Shown here in pieces: positions 9,888 through 22,222 of a stretch of 64,000 bases of DNA (positions are counted from its first letter, which is position 1; each line of letters starts with the position of its first letter). The notes below the pieces were generated by a model. The model was not told the origin of the DNA. It was given only the letters and a program-made list of their open reading frames with translations, and ran no database searches. A program made the position numbers and the translations under genes. Location: assembly GCA_044344935.1 (NCBI GenBank), contig JBIJCA010000001.1, positions 17,410-81,409 of the forward strand, in the 5' to 3' direction. The stretch is from Aquimonas sp. (GTDB lineage: Bacteria > Pseudomonadota > Gammaproteobacteria > Xanthomonadales > Xanthomonadaceae).

Positions 9888-10850
9888 TCAGGTGGTGGCG
9901 AAGTGTTCCCGGGCGAATGCGACCCGCTCCGCGGGATCGGTACTGAGACCGACGGTGTCACGGTGCTCCTCGATCTTCCTGAGCCGGTGCAGCAAACCGT
10001 TGCCGTTGGCAATCTGAATGGCCAGGCCAGGCCGGGCGTTGAGCTCGAGGATCATGGGGCCATTGTTTTTGTCAAGAACGAAGTCGACACCGATGTAGCC
10101 CAGCTGGGACAGCTCATAGCAGCGCGACGCCATTTCCAGGAGTTCGCTCCAGCGTGGAATCTGCAATCCGACGATGCTGTGCTCCGTGTCGGGATGTTCC
10201 TTGACCGGCTCTGTACCCCATACACCCCGGCGGGTCAGACCGGTGGGGATATCGATCCCGACGCCGATTGCGCCTTGGTGGAGGTTGGCTTTGCCGTCGG
10301 AGAGCCGGGTTGGAAGACGGATCATCGCCATCACGGGGTATCCCAGGAACACGATGATGCGAACGTCCGGCACGCCCTTGTAGCTCACCTGGTCGAAGAT
10401 CGGGTCGAACTGGACGCAGTATTCGACCAGCAGGTGATCGGGGTGTCCCCCAAGCGAGAAAAGGCCGGACAGGCCATTCGACAGGTGGTGTTCGAACTCT
10501 TCGCGATTCATGAGCTGGCCGTTGGAACGCCGGTACTTGTCCCCGCGACGACCGTTGATGACCAGAATTCCATCACCGCCCGACCCGTGCGCCGGTTTCA
10601 CGACAAACTGTTCCCGGTGCTCGATCTTCCGGTGCAGCTCACTGATCTCGTGCTCTTCGCGTACCACGGCGAAGAGTTCAGGGACGGGTAGCCCGGCCTC
10701 GATTGCAAGCTGTTTGGTGATCAACTTGTCGTCGACGCGTGGATAGAAGCGGCGCTTGTTGTACGCGAGGATGAACTCGGCGTTCCGCTGCCCGAGGCCC
10801 ATCAGACCAATGCTTCGGAGTTGGCGCGCTATCGAGAACAGATTGAGCAT
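9888..10850 (-). CDS. alpha-L-glutamate ligase-like ATP-grasp protein (RimK-related)
   Basis: VDDKLITK, FVVKPAHGSGGDGI, KANLHQGAIGVGID, GYIGVDFVLD, LELNARPGL. Confidence 0.9.
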   Translation of the reverse strand: MLNLFSIARQLRSIGLMGLGQRNAEFILAYNKRRFYPRVDDKLITKQLAIEAGLPVPELFAVVREEHEISELHRKIEHREQFVVKPAHGSGGDGILVINGRRGDKYRRSNGQLMNREEFEHHLSNGLSGLFSLGGHPDHLLVEYCVQFDPIFDQVSYKGVPDVRIIVFLGYPVMAMIRLPTRLSDGKANLHQGAIGVGIDIPTGLTRRGVWGTEPVKEHPDTEHSIVGLQIPRWSELLEMASRCYELSQLGYIGVDFVLDKNNGPMILELNARPGLAIQIANGNGLLHRLRKIEEHRDTVGLSTDPAERVAFAREHFATT

Positions 10851-10853
10851 GGC

Positions 10854-12419
10854 TCAGGCCTTGCCGGCTTGGGCTGCGTTCGCTTTCTCGGTCGCCTGGA
10901 CCTCACGGGCCAATGCTCGGAAACGAAACAGTTCGCTGAGACGATAGCCGGAGTAGCGGCCGATCACGAGAGTCAGGGCGAGCAGGATGAGCAGGGCCTC
11001 GGGGAAAACGAAGACGAAGTGTTCGAGGGGCTCCCAGCTCATGGCCAGATAAGCCATGCAGGCAACGATGAGTGATCCGATGCCTTCCTTCAGTGCGAAA
11101 CCCGGACCGCGCTCTTCCCAAGCGATCGACATGCGTTCGATGGTCATGGCCATGATGACCATCGGGAACAGCGCCACTGACAAGCCGACTTCGATTCCCA
11201 GGCGGTTGGCGAGAATCGAGACCGCGGCCATCAGCAGCACCACAAGAATCAGCACCGAGGTAAGCCTGGGTACAAGCAGGAGGCGCAAGCGCTCCATGTA
11301 GAAGCGCACGAGCAGTCCAGCCCCGACCACCAGAACGAAGAGGGTGACACCCGCCAGGAGCTGCGTTTCCCTGAAGGCGATCGCTATCAGCACGGGCATG
11401 AACGTCCCAAATGTCTTGATGCCGATGATGTTTCGCAGCAGCAACATAAGGAAGGCGCCGATCGGCACCATGAGCAGCACCTTGTAGACGGACTGCGTCT
11501 GCAGGGGCAGGCTCAAGAGCGAGTAGCGCACCAGATCGGCGTTCTGGACCTCAAGACGACGCTCGGCTGTGGCGATTGCATCCGCGAGATTGCGGCTGAC
11601 CGAGAAGGTCAGTTCAGGCCGACCGGCTTCTTCGATCTGCAGCAATGGCGCGCTCGCGGAGGTCCATAGAAAAAGGTTCTCGGGCCAACCGTCGACCGCC
11701 GTTTCCAGATCGATGGTGGTCCACCCCTTTCCGTCATGCACCTGCAGCCAGGGGCGAATCGGTGCAGCGGCTTGACTGTCGGCGAGCAGCAGGCCGCGCA
11801 CAACTCGTGCCGGGATCTGGCGCATCGCTAGCAATTGGGTGATGTAGTTCGCCTTGGCGTCCGCATCGACAAGGCTTTCCGTCAGGAGTGCGACCTCTTC
11901 CGAAGGCGCCGCCACGTTCATCTGCCGCACCAGCTCCTTTGCATAGGTCGGCACGTTGGACGAGCCAAGACGAACGTTGTCCAGCAGGGTCTGCGCTGCG
12001 GTGGCAAAGGGTTCCTCGAGGGTCGGGGGCGTCGCAAGACGCGGGGCACCGCCTAGGGGTTCGCTCTGCCTGTCGCGCACCACAGTCGCCCGGTAGTACA
12101 GCGCCTGGCGACCGGTTGCGCGCCGTATTGACCATTGCACTTCCCGACTGTCGCGACGGGGCTCGTCGAGCTTGGAGTAGTTCCGCGCCACGAAGCGTTC
12201 GTCGAGGACAGTGAAGCCGGGCGTGACCGACGGCAACTGCAGAACGACCGTGTTGGCTGGCTTGCGCGGCTGATACTGGATGCGCGCTTGCAGGGTCCAG
12301 ACCTCGACCTCCGCATTGGGCTGCAGAGGGAAGTCGAGGTATCTCCACTTGTAGTAGATCGCGCCGCCACCGATCAGACTCAGCGCCAGGGCCAGCAGGT
12401 AGAGATGGGCTTTCTTCAT
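10854..12419 (-). CDS. inactive transglutaminase fused to a 7-TM domain
   Basis: N-terminal TM, periplasmic transglutaminase-like region (IPARVVRGL..PWLQV), then multi-TM GIKTFGTFMPVLIA ... LFPMVIMAMTIERMSIAWEE ... YSGYRLSELFRF. Confidence 0.88.
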   Translation of the reverse strand: MKKAHLYLLALALSLIGGGAIYYKWRYLDFPLQPNAEVEVWTLQARIQYQPRKPANTVVLQLPSVTPGFTVLDERFVARNYSKLDEPRRDSREVQWSIRRATGRQALYYRATVVRDRQSEPLGGAPRLATPPTLEEPFATAAQTLLDNVRLGSSNVPTYAKELVRQMNVAAPSEEVALLTESLVDADAKANYITQLLAMRQIPARVVRGLLLADSQAAAPIRPWLQVHDGKGWTTIDLETAVDGWPENLFLWTSASAPLLQIEEAGRPELTFSVSRNLADAIATAERRLEVQNADLVRYSLLSLPLQTQSVYKVLLMVPIGAFLMLLLRNIIGIKTFGTFMPVLIAIAFRETQLLAGVTLFVLVVGAGLLVRFYMERLRLLLVPRLTSVLILVVLLMAAVSILANRLGIEVGLSVALFPMVIMAMTIERMSIAWEERGPGFALKEGIGSLIVACMAYLAMSWEPLEHFVFVFPEALLILLALTLVIGRYSGYRLSELFRFRALAREVQATEKANAAQAGKA

Positions 12420-12977
12420 TGGATGTGGGCGCTTGCAGGGCTAGGCAGCCACGGTGGCCGCATTCAGCCGCAGTATAGCTAGCCGGGACATTCGCGAGCC
12501 GGGCATGACTCTCGCGGATCCATCTTTCGTCTGGGCTTCTCGCCAAGCTCGGTGCCTTCTGCCGACGGCAGCGGCACTTTGGGTAGGCTCGCTGCCCCTG
12601 TGCGGAGCGATTTTGCGCAGGCCATGTTCCCCTCCTGTTCGGAGGTGAGCGCCGCGAGCGCGGCGAGTTGCGCTCAGCCGGTCTGGCGGTCTGGCGGTCT
12701 GGCTGAGGCCTGGGCCTTCGGGCCTGTTGCGCACGCAGGTGAGGAGCACGCGAGGTGCTCTCACCGGATCGTTCAAGGCCCCACAGAAGGGCCGAGAAGT
12801 CCTCCGGCTCGCTCGCTCAAGCGAACCCTCTCACGGAGCTAGGCCGCGTTGACCCCTGTCCAAAGGCAATCAGCGCATCGGAGAGGCCCACGCAGTCCGG
12901 GCAAGGGTCCGCGCGTTTCGTCGCGACGCAAAAAGCGGTGATGGCGTCAGCGTTGGGCGGCTCCGCACGACGAGTGC

Positions 12978-15434
<2,457 letters not shown>

Positions 15435-15471
15435 TCAAGGGGAAACCGTGTCGGCTGGCGCAAGGCGCGAA

Positions 15472-16551
15472 TTATAGCAGGGGGGTGATGGCGCCCCGTT
15501 CCACGTGAAACACCATCTCTGCTGCAGCCTGCGCCCACTCTGGTCGCTCAACTCCAGTCACCAGAGCCTGTGCCTGATGGCTGCGCAGATATCCCAGAAC
15601 AGCCTGAGCATGATGCGTGTCGAGCTCACTGCAGAGATCGTCCAACAACAGTAGCGGCAGTGCGCCATGCGCATTGAGGAACATCTCAGCCAGGCCGAGC
15701 ACCAGAGACAGGGCAACTATCTTGGACTGGCCACGGGACAAGCGATCCCGCGCAAACGAACCGTCTATACGCATCAGGATGTCCGCGCGCTGCGGGCCGC
15801 TGCCGGTGAAACCCGCGGACAGGTCGCGCGTTCGGTTTGCTGCCAGCGCTTCGGAATACTCGGGGTACGCCTTGCCCCAACCCGAGCGGTACTCGAAGTC
15901 CATCTCGGCCAAGGGTGGCGACAGCCACGCCAACACGACGCGGGTACGGTGCAACCATCGCTCCGAGAAGTGCCGCCGGGTCCGATCCAGGCGCTGACCC
16001 AAGGCCGCCAGAACAGGATCAAAAGCATCGAGCTGATCACCGGAGCGGAGTCGCAGCAACTCGTTTCGATGACGCAAGGTGCGATGCCACTCCGACCACA
16101 AGGTCAAGGGTTCACGTTCCACGTGGAACACGCCCCAATCGAGAAGCCGCCGCCGCCGCTCACCCGGCCCTGAAACCAGAGCGTGAGATCCCGGCTCGAA
16201 ACACAGCATCGGCGCCCGCGAAGCGAGCTCGAGCACTCGCCCGACCCTCTCACCGTCAATCCGATACTCCCAAGCGTTACCGCGCTCTCGCGCGATTCCC
16301 AGACGGACCGGAACACCTGCAGCTGAACGCCATTCAGAGAAAACGAAACCGCGACTCGACCCGTCGCTAAGGACAGTCTCGATCTGACTTGTTCGAAAGG
16401 ACCGTGCGTGCGAAACCAGGAACAGGCCTTCAAGCACCGTCGTTTTACCAGCCCCATTCACACCCTGTAACCAAGAGACTCCTGGGCCAGGAAAAAACTC
16501 AGCCCCGGCGAACGCGCGAAGCCCGCCGAGGCTGACGTGACACAGACGCAT
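15472..16551 (-). CDS. recF: DNA replication/repair protein RecF
   Basis: Walker A GVNGAGKT, LSRGQSK, LLLLDDLCSELD; sits between dnaN and gyrB. Confidence 0.95.
   Translation of the reverse strand: MRLCHVSLGGLRAFAGAEFFPGPGVSWLQGVNGAGKTTVLEGLFLVSHARSFRTSQIETVLSDGSSRGFVFSEWRSAAGVPVRLGIARERGNAWEYRIDGERVGRVLELASRAPMLCFEPGSHALVSGPGERRRRLLDWGVFHVEREPLTLWSEWHRTLRHRNELLRLRSGDQLDAFDPVLAALGQRLDRTRRHFSERWLHRTRVVLAWLSPPLAEMDFEYRSGWGKAYPEYSEALAANRTRDLSAGFTGSGPQRADILMRIDGSFARDRLSRGQSKIVALSLVLGLAEMFLNAHGALPLLLLDDLCSELDTHHAQAVLGYLRSHQAQALVTGVERPEWAQAAAEMVFHVERGAITPLL
15497..15512. promoter_or_regulatory. parS centromere site inside recF
   Basis: CGTTCCACGTGAAACA fits the 16-bp parS palindrome consensus (TGTTTCACGTGAAACA type); about 2 kb from oriC. 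Confidence 0.85.
16115..16130. promoter_or_regulatory. parS centromere site inside recF
   Basis: CGTTCCACGTGGAACA, containing the perfect 14-bp palindrome GTTCCACGTGGAAC. Confidence 0.88.
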
Positions 16552-16559
16552 CGAATGGA

Positions 16560-17660
16560 CTACAGCCGCATCGGCATTACGACGTGCCGATTGCGACCAT
16601 GACTCGGCTCACGCACGAGCGCGCTGGACCCGGAGTCGCGGAAGAGCAACAACACATCCTCTTCGGTCAATGCGCCCAACGCGTCCTGAAGGTAACTGGC
16701 GTTGAACCCGATCGAAAGACCGCTGATCGAGGTGTCGGCCTCAACTTCCTCGACTGCTTCTTCCTGTTCGGGATTGTGTGCAGACACCCGCAACACCTGC
16801 GGATCGACCTCGATGCGAACACCCCGGTACTTCTCGTTCGACAAGATGACCGCTCGCTGCAACGCAGCCCGCAGAACATCGCGGTTGACCTTCACTTCCT
16901 TGTCGGCGCCCAGTGGGATCACGGCTTCATAGTCCGGAAAACGACCATCGATCAGTTTCGAACTGAAAGACACATCGTCGCGGCGGACACGGACATGCGA
17001 CCGGCCCACTTCAAGTTCGATTTCGCGATCTGTGTTCTCGAGCAAGCGCAAAAGCTCCAGAACGCCCTTGCGCGGAAGAATCAACTGCCGCCGCGCTTGT
17101 GGTCCTGCGATCAGCTCGCTCTCGCTCAAGGCGAGACGGTGGCCATCCGTAGCGACGCAACGCAACAGACTGCCGTCAGCGTCCAGGAGCAGCCCGTTCA
17201 AGTAAAAACGGACGTCCTGTTGCGCCATTGCAAACGCGGTCGCATCGAAGGTCTTCTTCAATGCGCCCTCCGGAAGCCGCAAGCGGTCGACAATCTCGCC
17301 TTCATCCGTCGAGGGATATTCATCGGCGCTGAGGCCGGCCAGCGTGTAGCGACTTCGCCCCGCGGTCACGGTGATGCGATCGCCGTTCGTACTCACTGTC
17401 ACCATGACGCCGTCCGGGAGCGCGCGGACGATCTCAAAGAACTTCCTCGCCGGAATAGTCGTTGCCCCCGACTCTCCGTCGCTGCAAGCGACGCGTGCAA
17501 CCAGTTCGACTTCGAGATCCGTCGCTGTCAGCGACAGCGTTCCGTGGTCGAGCACGACCAGCAGATTCGACAACACCGGCATGGTCTGGCGCTTCTCGAC
17601 CACGCTGACCACCTGCTGCAACGGCTTGAGCAACACTTCGCGCGTCAGACTGAAACGCAT
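16560..17660 (-). CDS. dnaN: DNA polymerase III beta clamp
   Basis: EKRQTMPVLSN, ATDLE, ATDGHRLA, LIDGRFPDY, C-terminal VVMPMRL. Confidence 0.98.
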   Translation of the reverse strand: MRFSLTREVLLKPLQQVVSVVEKRQTMPVLSNLLVVLDHGTLSLTATDLEVELVARVACSDGESGATTIPARKFFEIVRALPDGVMVTVSTNGDRITVTAGRSRYTLAGLSADEYPSTDEGEIVDRLRLPEGALKKTFDATAFAMAQQDVRFYLNGLLLDADGSLLRCVATDGHRLALSESELIAGPQARRQLILPRKGVLELLRLLENTDREIELEVGRSHVRVRRDDVSFSSKLIDGRFPDYEAVIPLGADKEVKVNRDVLRAALQRAVILSNEKYRGVRIEVDPQVLRVSAHNPEQEEAVEEVEADTSISGLSIGFNASYLQDALGALTEEDVLLLFRDSGSSALVREPSHGRNRHVVMPMRL

Positions 17661-17911
17661 ACCTCGACCCTCATGTTTTTAAAGCTTTTGAAAGAATGTT
17701 GGTGATGATGGTGTCACGGGTTCTCCGGGATAAACCATGCAACTCACTGACATCCAACGATTTTTCCAGGCATAGAGGGCTGTGGGTCAGCCCCCTCCGG
17801 GCTGTGCACCGCGTGTGGATAAAAAGCTCGTCTGTAGCCCCGCCCAATTTGGTCTCCAGCTTATCCACAGCTTACCAACTTGGTTCCACAGCGCCCGAAT
17901 CTCGGGTCTCG
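17661..17911. other. chromosomal replication origin oriC
   Basis: Perfect DnaA boxes TGTGGATAA (17814-17822) and TTATCCACA (17861-17869), degenerate boxes at 17781 and 17882, and an AT-rich tract at 17673-17700 (22 of 28 A/T). Confidence 0.85.
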
Positions 17912-19267
17912 CTATTCGGTCAAGCGCCGCACGAGCTTGTCCCAGTCTTCGCGCGACTTCGGATCGTCACCTACCAGTGCACGCACGACCTTGCAGGCGT
18001 GCATGACTGTGGTGTGGTCGCGACCGCCAAAGGCGTCGCCAATCTCCGGCAAGCTGTGCTCGGTGAGCTCCTTTGCGAGAGCCATCGCCATCTGCCGAGG
18101 TCGCGCCAGCGAACGCGTGCGACGTTTCGAGAGCAGGTCGGACACGCGTAGCTGAAAGTAGTCCGCGACCGTCTTCTGGATATTGGTCAGGGAGATCACC
18201 GCTTGCTGGGCGCGGAGCAGATCACGCAGCGCCTCTTGGGCGAACTCCTCGGTGATCGCGCGGCCCATGAAGTTGGCTCTCGCGGCGAGGGTGTTGAGAG
18301 CGCCCTCGAGATCACGCACGTTCGAACGCATTCGTCGCGCAATCAGGAACGCGACGTTCTCGGGAAGTGGAAGTCCCTTGTGGGTGGCCTTCGCCAACAG
18401 GATGGCTGCGCGGGTCTCGAAATCGGGTGGTTCGATGGCAACTGACAGGCCCCAGCCGAGGCGCGACTTCAGGCGAGGCTCGAGGTTGTCGACTTCCTTC
18501 GGATAACGATCGCAGGTCAGGATGATCTGCTGCTTGAGTTCGAACAGCGCGTTGAAGGTATGGAAAAACTCCTCCTGCGTGCGGTCCTTGCCAGCAAAAA
18601 ACTGGATGTCGTCGATCAGCAGCGCATGCACGGAATGGAACTGCCGCTTGAACTGCTCCATCGCCTTGTCTGCAAGCGCTCGCATCATTGCAGCGAAGAA
18701 CTGCTCGGAGCGCAGGTACAGAACACGCATCCCGGGGTTGCGCGAGAGCATGTGATTACCCGCCGCATGCATCAGGTGGGTCTTGCCGAGGCCAGTGCCC
18801 CCGTATAGCAGGAGCGGGTTGTAAGCCTTGCCAGGGTCGGTGGCGACCTGCATGGCGGCCGCCCTGCCGAGCTGGTTGGAACTGCCCTCGATAAAGGTTT
18901 CGAAGGTATAACTGGGATCGAGATTGCTGGTGATGGGCCGTTCCCTGCCGCCGCTGGCCGAAACACGCACGCCTAGGCTGCTCGGCACGCTACTGCGTGG
19001 TTCGGCAGCGGCCTCGCGATCGCGGCTCCTAGGGGCGCCCAGCCCGAGCTCAACCGACAGCATGGGAACGTCCGCGTAGTGCCGCAGCAGCTCCGCGATA
19101 CGGGGCAAATAGTCATCTCGGACCGTTTCCACGACAAAGGCGTTGGGCGCGAACAGGGTCACACCCGCGTCGCTGACCTCGGCATGCAGGGGCTTGATCC
19201 AGGTGTAGAAGCTCTCGGCCGGCAACTCGGCTTCAAGACGTTCCAGGCAACGCAACCAGGGCGACAT
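17912..19267 (-). CDS. dnaA: chromosomal replication initiator DnaA
   Basis: [44 protein letters not shown]. Confidence 0.99.
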   Translation of the reverse strand: MSPWLRCLERLEAELPAESFYTWIKPLHAEVSDAGVTLFAPNAFVVETVRDDYLPRIAELLRHYADVPMLSVELGLGAPRSRDREAAAEPRSSVPSSLGVRVSASGGRERPITSNLDPSYTFETFIEGSSNQLGRAAAMQVATDPGKAYNPLLLYGGTGLGKTHLMHAAGNHMLSRNPGMRVLYLRSEQFFAAMMRALADKAMEQFKRQFHSVHALLIDDIQFFAGKDRTQEEFFHTFNALFELKQQIILTCDRYPKEVDNLEPRLKSRLGWGLSVAIEPPDFETRAAILLAKATHKGLPLPENVAFLIARRMRSNVRDLEGALNTLAARANFMGRAITEEFAQEALRDLLRAQQAVISLTNIQKTVADYFQLRVSDLLSKRRTRSLARPRQMAMALAKELTEHSLPEIGDAFGGRDHTTVMHACKVVRALVGDDPKSREDWDKLVRRLTE

Positions 19268-19566
19268 GCAGCTTCCCGAGTGGGGCCGCTTGCCCGCGCA
19301 CCCAACGCACGCGGCTGGAGGCAGGCAAAGCAGGCGGAGAAAAGGACTGAAGGTTCTGACCCGGCTTCGACTTGAAACCCTTTATGTCCTTGCCGAAAAC
19401 GAGGGCGTCCGACGAGCCACCGGCAGGTGTCACGACAGAGGACCTGAACCACCGCGCGAGCCGCGGCGCCGAAGCGACCCCCTACGGTCGGCGACGCGTC
19501 CTGTGGTGCGGCGTTTCAAGCAAGCTTCCGAAAGGCCTCAAGCACGGATGCGGCGGGCGGCCCGTC

Positions 19567-19595
19567 AGTCTACGCCGCAGTAAACGCAGTGCCAA
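19567..19595 (-). promoter_or_regulatory. probable sigma70 promoter for dnaA
   Basis: Minus strand TTGGCA-N17-TAGACT, back-to-back with the rpmH promoter. Confidence 0.5.
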
Positions 19596-19606
19596 CCGCG
19601 GCAGGG

Positions 19607-19636
19607 TTGACAGACAAAGCGGACGCCACGTATTCT
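19607..19636 (+). promoter_or_regulatory. probable sigma70 promoter for rpmH operon
   Basis: TTGACA-N18-TATTCT, ending 37 nt before the rpmH ATG. Confidence 0.7.
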
Positions 19637-19672
19637 CCGCGGTCTTTCTGCCCAGACATCAAGGCCGCTGTC

Positions 19673-19807
19673 ATGAAGCGCACCTTCCAGCCCAGCAATC
19701 TCAAGCGCGCCCGCACACACGGTTTCCGTGCCCGTATGGCCACGGCCGATGGACGTAAGGTCCTGTCAGCCCGTCGCGCCAAGGGTCGCAAACGCCTCTG
19801 CCCGTAA
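19673..19807 (+). CDS. rpmH: 50S ribosomal protein L34
   Basis: [44 protein letters not shown]. Confidence 0.98.
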   Translation: MKRTFQPSNLKRARTHGFRARMATADGRKVLSARRAKGRKRLCP

Positions 19808-19946
19808 GCGCGGACGCGTCAACCGACAGCGTTTTTCACGCTGCGGCGCATACCGGGCCCACACAGGGACACATTCCCACGTGCGCTCCGGTCCTCGCAG
19901 GCCTGGCTTTCGCCGGGCCTGCTGCGTTTCCGGCTTGGCATATCGC

Positions 19947-20453
19947 ATGAATCCGTTGTCCCTTGAGCGACTTCGTCTGCGACCCGAAGCGCGCATGCGT
20001 TTGCCCCGAGAGTTCAGCCGTTGCCTTGATTCCGGGCAGCGCATGGGTGGGGCTTACTACCGCCTGACCTTGCTGCTTGACCCGCTGGCGCCAGGGCCGC
20101 GCATCGGCTTCGCGATCTCCCGCAAGGTCGACAAGCGCGCGGTCGTCCGCAACAGGCTCAAGCGCATCGCTCGCGAGTGTTTCCGCGCTCTGCGCGGCTC
20201 TCTGCCCGCTGGTGACTACGTACTGATGGGCAAGCGCGAAGCGGCCCAGACTTCGCCCGAGATGTTGCGTCGGGATCTCGAACGCCTGCTGTCACGTGTC
20301 CGTGCGTTGAAGGCCCCTGCCGCGCAGGTCACAATGCCCGCTGCGTCAGCGCCCAGCTTTGCCCCGAAACCCTCAGCGGCGGGCGCCAAACCCCTTCCCC
20401 AGACGACAGCCGGGCTTGATTCCCGTCCCGGCGACGACCGAGTGTCCGAATGA
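19947..20453 (+). CDS. rnpA: RNase P protein component
   Basis: RIGFAISRKVDKRAVVRNRLKR (RNR motif). Pro/Ala-rich C-terminal extension overlaps the yidC start. Confidence 0.92.
   Translation: MNPLSLERLRLRPEARMRLPREFSRCLDSGQRMGGAYYRLTLLLDPLAPGPRIGFAISRKVDKRAVVRNRLKRIARECFRALRGSLPAGDYVLMGKREAAQTSPEMLRRDLERLLSRVRALKAPAAQVTMPAASAPSFAPKPSAAGAKPLPQTTAGLDSRPGDDRVSE
20307..20335 (+). promoter_or_regulatory. possible internal promoter for yidC inside rnpA
   Basis: TTGAAG-N17-CACAAT, ending 115 nt before the yidC ATG. Confidence 0.35.
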
Positions 20454-22129
20454 ACCAAGCGCGCACCTTCCTGTTGATAGCCTGGCTGATGGTGATCTAC
20501 CTCGCCTGGGATACCTGGCAGCAGGACTACAGTCGTCCCCGGCCGGAGGCGGTGGCGCAGAGCGAATCGACGGCGCCGCCAACCACGGGCGAACTGCCGG
20601 AATTCCAGCCTGAGCGCAGCGACCCAGGCCAGAGCGCAGTGGCGGCAGACACCACGTCGAACACGGCAGCGGGTAACGCAGGGCGCCTGCTCAGCGTCCG
20701 CACTGATGTCCTGGAGCTCCAGATCGACACACAGGGCGGCAGCTTCGTGCAGGCCGATCTGCTGGCCTACACCCAGCAACCCGAACCCGACTCTCCGCCG
20801 GTCCGGCTGATGAACACACAGGGCGCACGCTACTTCATTGGTCAGTCAGGCTATGTCGGCGACCGCGCAGACCTGCCCAATCATCTCAGCCTGTTCCAGG
20901 CCGAGACGGACAGCTTCGAGCTTGGCACCCGCGAGCGCCTGGAGGTGCCCTTGCGTTGGGCTTCCGCAGATGGACTGAGCCTCGTCCGCACCTTTGTTTT
21001 CGAACGCGGCAGCTATGTGGTGCTGGTGCAGGACCGTTTCGAAAACGCTGGCGGCGCGCCCGTGGAACTCAACGCCTACCGACAGCTCGTGCGGGTCACG
21101 CCGCCTCCGCTCCCGGGGTCGAGCTTCACCAATCCCGCTGCCTTCAGTTTTGTCGGGGCCGCGTGGTACAGCCCGCAGACCAAGTTCGAAAAGCGCAAGT
21201 TCGCGGACTTCAGTGACGGCCCGACCGAAACCAAGGCCAGCCAGGGCTGGGTGGCGATGGTGGAACACTACTTCTTCGCCGCCTGGATTCCCGAGGCCGA
21301 AGAAGCGCAGACCTTCAGCACAGCCACCGAAAACGGCGGTCGCCACCGCATCCGTACCCTCGGACCCACCTTGAGCCTGCCCGCGCAAGGGCAGCTTGAA
21401 AGCAGCGCGCGACTTTACGTCGGCCCCAAGCTTCAGGGGCGTCTGGAAGACATTGCGCCCGGACTGAAGCTGACCATGGACTACGGCATCTTCACGATCC
21501 TGGCCCAGCCGATGGCGATCTTGCTCGGCTGGCTGCACGACCTCACCAACAACTGGGGTTGGGCCATCGTCCTGCTGGTGGTGATCCTCAAGCTGGCCCT
21601 GTTCAAGCTGTCCGAGGCCCAGTACAAGAGCTTCGCCAAGATGCGTGCCGTCCAGCCGCGCATCGAAGCGCTGAAGGAGCGCTATGGCGAGGATCGCCAG
21701 AAATTCCAGACGGCGATGATGGAGCTCTACAAGAAAGAGAAGATCAACCCGATGGGCGGCTGCCTGCCCATCCTGATCCAGATCCCGATCTTCATTTCGT
21801 TGTACTGGGTGCTGATCGAGGCCGTCGAGCTGCGCCACGCGCCGTGGATCCTGTGGATCAACAACCTCACTGCGCCGGACCCGTACTTCATCCTGCCCGT
21901 GCTCAACCTGCTTTCGATGTGGGCGACCCAGAAGCTGTCACCGACGCCCGGCATGGATCCGATGCAGAAGCGCATCATGCAGATCATGCCGATCGCATTT
22001 GGCGTGATGTTCGCCTTCTTCCCTGCAGGCCTGGTCCTTTACTGGACAACCAACGGCGCGCTCGGTCTGCTGCAGCAGTGGATCATCCTGCGTCGCCATG
22101 GTGGTACGGCCACTCCGAAGGCCGCCTGA
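20450..22129 (+). CDS. yidC: membrane protein insertase YidC
   Basis: MDYG..TILAQP, NWGWAIVLL, KEKINPMGGCLP, APDPYFILP. Confidence 0.98.
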   Translation: MNQARTFLLIAWLMVIYLAWDTWQQDYSRPRPEAVAQSESTAPPTTGELPEFQPERSDPGQSAVAADTTSNTAAGNAGRLLSVRTDVLELQIDTQGGSFVQADLLAYTQQPEPDSPPVRLMNTQGARYFIGQSGYVGDRADLPNHLSLFQAETDSFELGTRERLEVPLRWASADGLSLVRTFVFERGSYVVLVQDRFENAGGAPVELNAYRQLVRVTPPPLPGSSFTNPAAFSFVGAAWYSPQTKFEKRKFADFSDGPTETKASQGWVAMVEHYFFAAWIPEAEEAQTFSTATENGGRHRIRTLGPTLSLPAQGQLESSARLYVGPKLQGRLEDIAPGLKLTMDYGIFTILAQPMAILLGWLHDLTNNWGWAIVLLVVILKLALFKLSEAQYKSFAKMRAVQPRIEALKERYGEDRQKFQTAMMELYKKEKINPMGGCLPILIQIPIFISLYWVLIEAVELRHAPWILWINNLTAPDPYFILPVLNLLSMWATQKLSPTPGMDPMQKRIMQIMPIAFGVMFAFFPAGLVLYWTTNGALGLLQQWIILRRHGGTATPKAA

Positions 22130-22222
22130 GGCAGAATCCCGCTGTCGAAACTGGCGATTGAACCAGCGGCCGCGGCGCGAAAGCGCGCGGCCGCTGCTCT
22201 ATCCGGAGGGAGGAAACACGCC

